In this document: in pieces, positions 21,631-32,800 of the stretch | Layout: every line of letters begins with the position of its first letter | Numbering within the stretch: position 1 is the stretch's first letter | Origin: Perkinsela sp. CCAP 1560/9 | Lineage: Eukaryota; Protista; Euglenozoa: Kinetoplastea | Assembly (NCBI GenBank): GCA_965644495.1 | Contig: CBFFSA010000035.1 | Span: 1 to 64,000 of the forward strand | Direction: 5' to 3' | Length of the DNA: 64,000 nt | Position numbers and translations under genes: made by a program | Notes under the pieces: generated by a model | What the model saw: the letters and a program-made list of their open reading frames with translations, nothing else | The model's database searches: none | Told to the model about the DNA's origin: nothing

Positions 21631-24600
21631 CTCGTCAGAAGAACCCTCGATCCGGACCCGAGATGCCCCATCCGGACCCCAGGTGCCCCCTCCGTCGCCG
21701 TTAGCACAGCTACCAACGCCCCTTCATCCGCCACAGAACCCAAAGAAGAAAGTTTTCATCTTCCCGTCATACAGCCCACCCTCGTCACCGCATCCTCCAG
21801 CGCCGCAGTCAATGCCAGTATCACCGAGTAAATCTCGCACGCGACGAGTCAAGATCATTGGACCCTCATGTGACATTTCAGCGACGGACTTCCACCGAAT
21901 GCGCAAAGTGCAAGACGATCGTAGCAAACAAAGATCACCCCCCAAAGCACCAGTACTAAAACAGCATCTGCCGATTCCGAACAGTAAGACACGCAAGGAT
22001 ATAAATGAGCCAGAAGCGTGGAGCAGTAGATTAAGGAAAACGTGTGTCACGGCGGCGAATGCCATCTCAACAGCGACGAATGTCATGTCCGAAGCCATAT
22101 TCAATTCTGAAAAAGCATCGGAACACCATGACATTGCACCGACCCCCCTAGCGTTCGATACGCCATCTGATTCCTCGACTTCCGAGAGTTCAACAAACGG
22201 CAGCACGGAAATTGCGAATGGAAAGGATGATAGCAATGATACGGGGCAGACGGAAAGCCCAGGGCGTGTAAGAGGGGAGGTGTCTTTCTTTGAGTGCGAG
22301 GATACGGCCGGGAACATGAGCGAGGATATGACAGAGAACATGGGCGGAGACGCACAAAACGCTCATCGTATTGCGGAACGCAGCGCCGTTCTGTTCGTAG
22401 GCAGCGGCGTCGAACAAGCACGGGACAGAGCTCTAAATCTCATGCAAAACACGAAGCCCATATCCCAGTTCCCTTTGCCCCCTGAAGAGATATGGCTAAA
22501 GTCGAACATGGTGAAAAAGGGAACTGCATGTACGGTAGCGTGGACTTGGGACCGACAAGTAACGCTCAACGTGTCTCTTGGGAAGGTAACTAAAACTTAT
22601 AAGCGCGGAGGGAAAGGGAAGCTGAACATAACCTACAATGGCTTACACGGACACAAAACAGGAGAGGAGTTCAGCGGATCCCTGCCACCGCAGGAAAACG
22701 TTCGCGTGTACCAAGTTTTGTGGCATTGCGCACCACCTCCTATCGACTATGCTTCACCAGAAAATGCAACTCAAGAGTGTATTTCAATGGGAGAAGCCAC
22801 ACGTGCACCGGAAGAGGACGTCGATCACCTACCGATACCAACCGCCCGAAACTTCTCACCAGACTTCATTCCATGCGTGCTCGCCACCTATCGTGACATA
22901 ATTAGTACATATGGGAAAAGCGATTATCCTGTGAGGAACAAGATTTGGAATCAAATGATGTCTGCGATGAAATTGTCCCTTGCAACTGTAAGACTTGCGA
23001 ATGGGAGACGACGAAGGAGAACGCCCATAAATTCACAAAAAGCCGAAGGAGAGGACAGAACGGATGCAGACCTTGATAGCTCGACGGGCGACAGACGAGC
23101 GATCGAAAAGGCGATACGGCTAGTCCTGGAAGGGTGTACTTCCAAAGCGACTAAGGTGCTTGATCAACCCTTTCGACGACTAGAGCTTTCTGACGAACAA
23201 GTGTTGGAAAAGTTGCAGGCACTGCACCCGAAAAACGAATATAAAATTCATCTTCCGGAAGCAGCCCCAATAATCGCTGGTATCTCGGTGGAGGAGCTGA
23301 GGGCAGCTGGGCGACGGCTCAGCAAAGGCGTGAGCCCAGGTCCCACGGGAACGACGGATAGCGTTCTTCGACTTCTTCTCGACGATGAAGTGTGTTGCTT
23401 GAACCTTTGCCACATGATCACCGACTTAATAAACGGTTTTGTATCTCGTGAAGTACTACAACGCCTAAACAGGGCCCGACTAATTGCCATACCAAAAGCG
23501 GACGGGGGAGTTCGTCCAGTTGCGATGGGCGAAGTGTTTGGAAAGCTAGCCGGCATAGTCTTGTTCCAAAGGTACGAAAACGCGCTTGAGCCGCTATTCG
23601 CCCCTATGCAACAAGGTATTATGGCAAAGGCAGGTTGCGAAAAAATTGTCCACACGCTGCACGAACGATACTGCGAAGGTCAGTCGATCCTCTCGGTTGA
23701 TCTAAAAAATGCTTTCAACTCACCGTCACGGGCCGACATCGCGAAACATGTATTTGGACTCTCAACTCATCAGCCCTTTCAACGTTTCTTCCTAGCCGAG
23801 TATGCTGAAGCCTCTGAATTGCTGTTTTATGGAAGTGAGGGCACGCTCGCAGGAAAAGTTCTTAGCGAAGCCGGAGTACGACAAGGTTCGCCACTTTCGA
23901 CGCTGTATTTTTGTGCATATCTCCAACCGATCCTCGAAACCCTGGCAGCTGAACATCCAGAGATCGAAATCCATGCATACATAGACGACATCAATCTCAC
24001 GTCACATACGCCTTCCGAGATAGCAAAAGCGTTTGAACGCCTGAAAGCATTACTGGCAGAGAGCAGCATTGAGCTCTCCGCTCAGAAATGTGTATGGTTC
24101 GGCGGACTGCAAGGTACAGAGATGCCAACAAGCTTGAAGGAAGTGGGGGTCCGGAATGAAGAAGATGCGACCAAAATTCTTGGAGCGTTTATAGGGAAGG
24201 AGGAAACGATAAGTGAGAAGTTACTACAGCGAGTCGACAAACACAAGGACATATTCAGATGACTGAAATCGATGTGCATGAGCAACGCATCGCTTATAAT
24301 CCTGTCGAAGTGTGTCAATGTACGACAGCAATTTCACATGAGAGTGCACAGCCCAGCGGCCACCGAAAAATGCGCACAGCTCTTCGACCATCAAGTGGAA
24401 GAAGTCCTAGAAACCTGGTTGGGTAAATTGCAAAAACAACAGATGGACATCGCACGTCTACCAATTAAGAAGGGAGGGTTGGGTCTCACGTCATGCTACC
24501 ACACGCGAGAAGCAGCATACAATGCGTCCAGACACGCGGCTCTGAAGCAAAGAAAATCCTTTTCAGCTCGAGCCACGTCAACGGAAGCCAGGTGCACCGA

Positions 24601-25641
24601 CAGCGTAAATTCAGTTCAGAAAAATACGTCACCCCCCCCTACAGACGAACTCGCCACAGCTGCGAAACTCCACGAACATGCCTGGAACAAACTCTTTAAC
24701 GATCCAGAAATAGCACCAATCCTGAGGGCCACTACCACCAAAGGGAGTTACGACTGGCTTATGTCACATACGAGATATATTCCACCCCACGTTTTTGAAT
24801 TAGCCATAATGCCGAGATTGGGGATAGAACATCCGCGCCTGCCGAAAAGCTTGCTATGCCCAGGATGCCGTTCCATACTCGACAACAGATCAGCTCTCAC
24901 TCACATCAGTGGATGTGCGCAATGCTCTGGTATCAATGCCTCCGTGAAGCACAACATGCTGGTGAAATTCTTGCACGACCTTTGCATGCGCGCAGGGATA
25001 CCATGTGAGAGTGAACCTCGAGCATTCAGTAACTGGACGTGCACTACGTGTAGGAATGTGGTAAGCCGAGAAAGCCAACCTACGCACAGCAAAATATGTA
25101 CAGGACGGCACCTTCATCGATCTGGGCCAGACCTTGTGATATACTGGGACACAGGAGCTATATTTTATGATCTTACCGTCGTGCACGAGATGACACCTTC
25201 CCACATAAATAAGAAAAGCTCTCAATTGATCCGTGACGTCATTCATCGCAAAATGGAAACTTACGTCGCAACGGGAATGATCGCCCAAGAATCGTTCCAA
25301 TGCATTCCGATTCTGTCCTCCGGATCACTACACGCGAACACACGCAATCTGATCAGAGCCTTGGCAGACGCTTGTCTTCTGAACGCCCGCGAGAGGGAAC
25401 TCTCGTTCAAGCTACTGTTGCAAAACTTAAACGGCCTCGTGGTACACTCCCAACTTCGGGAGCACCTCGAAGACAAGTAATAGATTTTAGAAATATTCTA
25501 TAATGGTGAAATAGCTGAGAGATAATATCCGTTGACATCTAAATATTATATATTTTCTATTTTATGCGGAGATAGTTTCTCTTCGAAAATTGAGAGAAGG
25601 GGGGAAGGAGCACATTTCTCATTTTCCTACAAAAAAAAAAA
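21631..25641 (+). mobile_element. Full-length CRE-like non-LTR retrotransposon A (RT plus restriction-like endonuclease)
   Basis: Begins at the satellite junction and ends in A11 (25631-25641). One long RT/REL reading frame. Confidence 0.9.
21683..25480 (+). pseudogene. RT-zinc finger-REL polyprotein with one in-frame TGA (24260-24262)
   Basis: GVRPVAMGE, VDLKNAFNS, GVRQGSPLS, YIDDI, LPIKKGGLG, CPGC..H..C, KHN and GPD..YD. ORFs 21683-24262 and 24272-25480 share a frame. Confidence 0.9.
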
Positions 25642-25675
25642 TTAACGATAAAGATACAGTTTCTGTACCTTGTTG
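25642..25675 (+). other. Spliced-leader-like sequence (34 of 39 nt) at the 5' end of retrotransposon B
   Basis: TTAACGATAAAGATACAGTTTCTGTACCTTGTTG contains the kinetoplastid SL core GATACAGTTTCTGTAC..TTG. It is not followed by a GT donor. Confidence 0.85.
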
Positions 25676-25717
25676 AATTAATTTTTCTTTCTCTCTATTG
25701 CTTACTAGGGTCGCACC

Positions 25718-28700
25718 ATGCCGCCCGACGATTCCTTTGATGCCAACGCGTTACCAATGGATGATGACTCTTTTCGCCAGGAACAAATGTCACACAAACC
25801 CGGAGATTGGGACCAATTCGCAGGAAACGCTCACCTGATTTCCGGCCAAAGCACCTACAATGAACTTTTGTATACGACACCTATCCCCGAAAACGTACCT
25901 AAACACTGGACCGAAAGAGCCTACAAGATCGCGGCAGAGGAACCTACACCGGACACAGGCAGAATGACCGCGGACGAAGAGACAAATCACTCCCTTGTCG
26001 TGGCAAACAACGTGGGAATTACTTCGGAGGCCTCATCCGCCCACATTTTCTCTCCAACTAAGGCTACAAAGCGCAAGAATACTGATTCTGCCCCTACCAC
26101 ATACCACAACGCCAATACGCAGCAGAAGGATGTAGAACGTCAATGCCCAGCAGAAGGATGTACGTGGAAAACCCCACCACATAGCGGAAAATGGCAGGCA
26201 TTTTATCACCATGTAGCTCATCGACACGGCAAAAACATTCCAAACGAGTGGTGGGAGGGAGAGGGAAGATTCCTCTGCAGAGAGTGTGGCAGACACTACG
26301 CCAAGAACAAGCTCAAGTCTCTCTCACCCCAAAAACTGCAGGGGCCGCAACAATTCCGGACGGTCATTAGCCCCACCAACGGCACGTCCCCAAAACGCAG
26401 AAGAAAATCCAACAGACAATTTGCCATCACTCGGCTCCATCTGCGCACTTCCCATGAACACCTGCAAAGACGTTCCACACTGTTGCAGATTCCTCTGGGC
26501 GAGCATCCTCACGCAATCCTTGACATCCGCAGTGAAGGAAAACACGGTAGAGGCATGGACACTTCTCGCAATGCTCCCTAAGTGTGTCCTACCAGCACCT
26601 TTCCGAGGCGGTCGCAAAGGCCACACATCATACTCTACGTACGTCGAAAACCGCATGAAACTGTGGCTAGCGGGGGAGTACCTCTTGCTATGGGAAGATG
26701 CCCAGAGGGATCATTATAAAAAGCGCTCCAGATCACGCGACTCCGAAATCGATGCAGACAGAGCGGCAATTCGAGCCGAACTCTTGGCCCGCCAGGGGGA
26801 ATTTTCCAGGGGAATGGCAGCCCTAACCGCAGCCCCCATGGCGCCAGACAATGCAGATACCCTCGAAAAGCTCTTGGAGAAGCATCCAGACCCACACGAA
26901 AATCCCTTGCAGAATGATCTACCACCGATCGAGGGCAACCCCCTACACCTAGAGGAAACAGAGGTCAAAAAAGCGATCGTCAGCTTCCGCAGGGGATCTT
27001 CAGCCGGCACGATGGGCCTTCGTCCAGAGCACCTCCAGGCAGCCATCTTGGAACATGTGGACAAGGATGTGAATCCTCTCTCGGCCCTCACGCGACTAGT
27101 GAACCACATGCTTCAAGGAAAAGCGCCACAAGACGTCCAATCATTCTACGCTGGAGCCCGGCTCTGCGCCCTGGAAAAAGGCGAGGACGATGTTCGACCA
27201 ATCGCAGCGGGTGAAACCCTTAGACGCCTCGTAAGCAAGGCGGCATGTATCTCGATAAAGGAGAAAGCGGGTACTCTGTTCAACGGGCGACAATATGGTG
27301 TAGCAGCCCCCGCGGGAGCCGAACGAGTTATCCACCTCTGCCGGAGAGCCATGCTCAATAACCTGGGGAGTGACAATTTTGTCTTCTGCAAAGTGGACTT
27401 AAGAAACGCTTTCAATAACGTCAGCAGGCCTGTTCTCACCCTAACCACGCGCTTAAATTTCCCTGAACTCTCACCTTGGGTAGAGTGGTGTTACTCCAAC
27501 GTGAGCTGTCTTGCCTACAGAGACAATGTCATACCCTCGGCGGAGGGGGTACAACAAGGAGACCCACTAGGCCCTCTTCTCTTCTCTCTAGTACTATCCA
27601 GTGTAACAGAAGAAATATCGTCTCGGTCGAATCTAGACACTCAACTTTGGTACCTAGATGACGGGGTACTCATAGGGGAGGCTGAGGAGGTCAGGAAGGC
27701 GCTCGATGTTTTTTCCAATGTTGGCTCCCGATGCGGACTTTTCCTAAACCCATCGAAATGTGAGATAATAACACCGCCTTCTTCATCCCATCTCACAGGA
27801 TTATTTCCAGAGATACCGAAGACTAAAACTCGTACTGATGGAAATTTCGACATCTTGGGCTCCCCGATTGGGTCAGCGGAGCATTGCGTGGAGTTTCTCA
27901 GGTCAGAAGCCATTGAGCCCGCACGCGAAACACTAGACGCAATAGGTTTCATAGGAGACCCACAAGTAGCCATGTCCCTCATCCGGCAGTGCACTGGATT
28001 CTGTCAAATGGTCTACGCACTTCGCACGACACCCCCTCAGGCGCTTTCTGAGCTTTGTAATTCCCTTGATGAAAATGTTCTAAAAGCCGCGGAATGGACA
28101 CTTTTCCCTCTGGATTCCCACGCGCGTGACCAAATCCAACGTAAGAAGCGCAACGGGGGTTTTGGTCTCAGGTCTTCGCTCCTCCACGCAACAGCAGCAT
28201 ATGTCTCCTCCGTTGCGCACGCCGCCGATGCAGACGATTGGGACCCTTCAGAAGCCGAGGGATTCACCATTTCCGTGCAAGACGTGAATAGAAAGGCGGG
28301 GGTAGAACTTGTGGATCCCGGTACAGGACGCATCCCGAAACAGAATAAACCACATCCAGAGCCCAGCCAAAGACACAACCTCACCTCGAGAAGCAAACGC
28401 CCACGACACATACTCAACAACTTGGACGCGGATAAGACGGCCGAGCCGGAGATGGTTATCCCCCGGCAGCAGCAACTGAGCCAAGCCATATCGCAGCAGG
28501 AATTCACTACAGCCTACGGCCAGGCCGACCCCCGCACCCGAGCACGATGGGTTTCTCAGTCAGGAAAGGGAGCTGGGAGCTGGGCCTTCGTCACGCCCTC
28601 AAGGAGTAAAGGTTTTGCTTTCACACCAACCGAGTTCCGCACGTTATCGCGCTGGTGGTTCGGCATGGACATTTATGGCCAAGACCGCCCCTGCCCAGCA

Positions 28701-29308
28701 AACGGGTGTTCCCTACCCCTACAGAAAAATGGGGAGCATGCATTATTGTGCAAGAACGGACATGGCCTCATCACGCGGCACAATGCGCTTTGTGTAGAAT
28801 TCGCCTCCTTTTGCAGCAAGGCCAACATGGCTCCCCAGCGAGAAAAAAGTCTAGGAAATCGGGGGCCAGGAGGGGGTCTCACCAGACCGGCTGACGTTTT
28901 CCTCCCCACGTACACTCTAGGGAAAGGCATGGTACTAGACTTCGCAGTCACCCACGCACAGCAAACAAAGTATTTGGACTCTGTCCGGAATGCTAGCTGG
29001 GTGGCTGCAGGGGCTTTCGCCGAGCATTACTCAGAAACGAAGGAAAAACAACGTCAAGAAGCAGAAGAAGCACAACTAGGGTTCACGGCCATGGTTGTCG
29101 AGTCTTTTGGCTCCTGGAGTAAAAGCGCAATGGCGGTCTTATGGAAGGTGGGAGCACTACGCGCCAACTCGTCAAAAGGTCTTCTCACGGATGCTCCCGA
29201 AATGACCTTCTGAAAGAGCTTAACGTCACACTCATGCGCTCTCAGGCCCGCATGATGGTCTCCCGGATAGTCGTCAGTGACCCCCAAGATCCCCTGGAAG
29301 GGGAGTAG
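25718..29308 (+). pseudogene. LsmAD-like motif, zinc fingers, RT and REL polyprotein with frameshifts near 26310 and 29190
   Basis: WDQF..STYNELLYTT, CPAEGC..H...H, CREC, DVRPIAAGE, KVDLRNAFN, GVQQGDPLGP, WYLDDG, RHN and RPADV..LDFAV. The C-terminus continues in another frame (LNVTLMRSQARM) to the stop at 29308. Confidence 0.9.
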
Positions 29309-29836
29309 GGCCCACAGGCATGGTCCTCTAGGGTAACAAGACGATTAGGGTGCTGGTCGCGTCGACAGAGTCTATACTCACGCCTAGCCCGCGAGGGCTA
29401 GGTACCCCAAGTGAGGTAGTACACGGGCAGTGAATCTCCTCCCCGTCGGCCAGCATCCTGTTTCGCGACCGTGTCGCTGTCGACACAGGCCCGCACCTGC
29501 GCCCTCCCGTAAACAAGGGAAGGGTTCACAAGTCAGGCCGTGGAGTGGTCGAAAGACCCGGTCCGGAACGCGCGAATGGATTGGGTCTGGATTGCTTGTT
29601 TTTATTTTTACTGTGTCTTGTTTGTCATATATACTTAGGGGAGATTGAATTGCTAGTTTTGGGCTAAGAAAAAAGAAAAAAAAAGAAAAAGAAAATATAC
29701 TTCTGTGGAAATAAAAAGAATTGCTAATTTGATTGCTTGTTTTGAATTCATATACCCCCCCAATGGACCTCCTATGTACTTGGTTCGTCTACTGGGTCAA
29801 AATAGAGGGGCAATGCCGCGATTCAAAAAAAAAAAA

Positions 29837-32800
29837 TCTTTTGTTAAGACCCTTTCTTTTGTTAAGACCCTTTCTTTTGTTAAGCCCCTTTCTTTTGTTA
29901 AGCCCCTTTCTTTTGTTAAGCCCCTTTCTTTTGTTAAGCCCCTTTCTTTTGTTAAGCCCCTTTCTTTTGTTAAGCCCCTTTCTTTTGTTAAGCCCCTTTC
30001 TTTTGTTAAGCCCCTTTCTTTTGTTAAGCCCCTTTCTTTTGTTAAGACCCTTTCTTTTGTTAAGACCCTTTCTTTTGTTAAGACCCTTTCTTTTGTTAAG
30101 ACCCTTTCTTTTGTTAAGACCCTTTCTTTTGTTAAGCCCCTTTCTTTTGTTAAGACCCTTTCTTTTGTTAAGACCCTTTCTTTTGTTAAGACTCTTTCTT
30201 TTGTTAAGACCCTTTCTTTTGTTAAGACCCTTTCTTTTGTTAAGACCCTTTCTTTTGTTAAGACCTTTTCTTTTGTTAAGACCCTTTCTTTTGTTAAGAC
30301 CCTTTGTTTTGTTAAGACCTTTTCTTTTGTTAAGACCCTTTCTTTTGTTAAGACCCTTTCTTTTCTTAAGCCCCTTTCTTTTGTTAAGACCCTTCCTTTT
30401 GTTAAGACCCTTTCTTTTGTTAAGCCCCTTTCTTTTGTTAAGCCCCTTTCTTTTGTTAAGCCCCTTTCTTTTGTTAAGCCCCTTTCTTTTGTTAAGACCC
30501 TTTCTTTTGTTAAGACCCTTTCTTTTGTTAAGACTCTTTCTTTTGTTAAGCCCCTTTCTTTTGTTAAGACCCTTTCTTTTGTTAAGACCCTTTCTTTTGT
30601 TAAGACCCTTTCTTTTGTTAAGACCCTTTCTTTTGTTAAGACCCTTTCTTTTGTTAAGACCCTTTCTTTTGTTAAGACCCTTTCTTTTGTTAAGACCCTT
30701 TCTTTTGTTAAGACTCTTTCTTTTGTTAAGACCCTTTCTTTTGTTAAGACCCTTTCTTTTGTTAAGACCCTTTCTTTTGTTAAGACCTTTTCTTTTGTTA
30801 AGACCCTTTATTTTGTTAAGACCCTTTGTTTTGTTAAGACCTTTTCTTTTGTTAAGACCCTTTCTTTTGTTAAGACCCTTTCTTTTGTTAAGCCCCTTTC
30901 TTTTGTTAAGACCCTTCCTTTTGTTAAGACCCTTTCTTTTGTTAAGCCCCTTTCTTTTGTTAAGCCCCTTTCTTTTGTTAAGCCCCTTTCTTTTGTTAAG
31001 CCCCTTTCTTTTGTTAAGCCCCTTTCTTTTGTTAAGACCCTTTCTTTTGTTAAGACTCTTTCTTTTGTTAAGCCCCTTTCTTTTGTTAAGACCCTTTCTT
31101 TTGTTAAGACCCTTTCTTTTGTTAAGACCCTTTCTTTTGTTAAGACCCTTTCTTTTGTTAAGACCCTTTCTTTTGTTAAGACCCTTTCTTTTGTTAAGAC
31201 CCTTTCTTTTGTTAAGACCCTTTCTTTTGTTAAGACCCTTTCTTTTGTTAAGACCCTTTCTTTTGTTAAGACCCTTTCTTTTATTAAGACCCTTTCTTTT
31301 GTTAAGACCCTTTCTTTTGTTAAGCCCCTTTCTTTTGTTAAGACCCTTTCTTTTGTTAAGCCCCTTTCTTTTGTTAAGACCCTTTCTTTTGTTAAGACCC
31401 TTTCTTTTGTTAAGCCCCTTTCTTTTGTTAAGACCCTTTCTTTTGTTAAGACCCTTTCTTTTGTTAAGCCCCTTTCTTTTGTTAAGACCCTTTCTTTTGT
31501 TAAGACCCTTTCTTTTGTTAAGACCCTTTCTTTTGTTAAGACCCTTTCTTTTGTTAAGACCCTTTCTTTTGTTAAGACCCTTTCTTTTGTTAAAACCCTT
31601 TCTTTTGTTAAGACCCTTTCTTTTGTTAAGACGCTTTCTTTTGTTAAGACCCTTTCTTTTGTTAAGACCCTTTCTTTTGTTAAGACCCTTTCTTTTGTTA
31701 AGCCCCTTTCTTTTGTTAAGACCCTTTCTTTTGTTAAGACCCTTTCTTTTGTTAAGACCCTTTCTTTTGTTAAGACCCTTTCTTTTGTTAAGACCCTTTC
31801 TTTTGTTAAGACCCTTTCTTTTGTTAAAACCCTTTCTTTTGTTAAGCCCCTTTCTTTTGTTAAGCCCCTTTCTTTTGTTAAGCCCCTTTCTTTTGTTAAG
31901 ACCCTTTCTTTTGTTAAGCCCCTTTCTTTTGTTAAGACCCTTTCTTTTGTTAAGCCCCTTTCTTTTGTTAAGACCCTTTCTCTTGTTAAGACCCTTTCTT
32001 TTGTTAAGACCCTTTCTTTTGTTAAGACCCTTTCTTTTGTTAAGACCCTTCCTTTTGTTAAGACCCTTTCTTTTGTTAAGACCCTTTCTTTTGTTAAGAC
32101 CCTTTCTTTTGTTAAGACCCTTTCTTTTGTTAAGCCCCTTTCTTTTGTTAAGACCCTTTCTTTTGTTAAGACCCTTTCTTTTGTTAAGACCCTTTCTTTT
32201 GTTAAGACCCTTTCTTTTGTTAAGACCCTTTCTTTTGTTAAAACCCTTTCTTTTGTTAAGCCCCTTTCTTTTGTTAAGACCCTTTCTTTTGTTAAAACCC
32301 TTTCTTTTGTTAAGCCCCTTTCTTTTGTTAAGCCCCTTTCTTTTGTTAAGACCCTTTCTTTTGTTAAGACCCTTTCTTTTGTTAAGCCCCTTTCTTTTGT
32401 TAAGACCCTTTCTTTTGTTAAGAACCTTTCTTTTGTTAAGACCCTTTCTTTTGTTAAGACCCTTTCTTTTGTTAAGACCCTTTCTTTTGTTAAGACCCTT
32501 TCTTTTGTTAAGACCTTTTCTTTTGTTAAGACCCTTTCTTTTGTTAAGACCCTTTCTTTTGTTAAGCCCCTTTCTTTTGTTAAGACCCTTTCTTTTGTTA
32601 AGCCCCTTTCTTTTGTTAAGCCCCTTTCTTTTGTTAAGACCCTTTCTTTTGTTAAGCCCCTTTCTTTTGTTAAGACCCTTTCTTTTGTTAAGACCCTTTC
32701 TTTTGTTAAGACCCTTTCTTTTGTTAAGCCCCTTTCTTTTGTTAAGACCCTTTCTTTTGTTAAGACCCTTTCTTTTGTTAAGACCCTTTCTTTTGTTAAG

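Larger units (their letters stand above)
25642..29836 (+). mobile_element. Full-length CRE-like non-LTR retrotransposon B
   Basis: SL at the 5' end, RT/REL ORF, ~520-nt 3' UTR, and an A12 tail (29825-29836) joined to the satellite. Confidence 0.9.

Noticed and set aside
24260-24262. Stop-codon reassignment or programmed readthrough
   Set aside because: A single TGA is explained by CGA>TGA (IFRRL), and TGG is used for Trp throughout.
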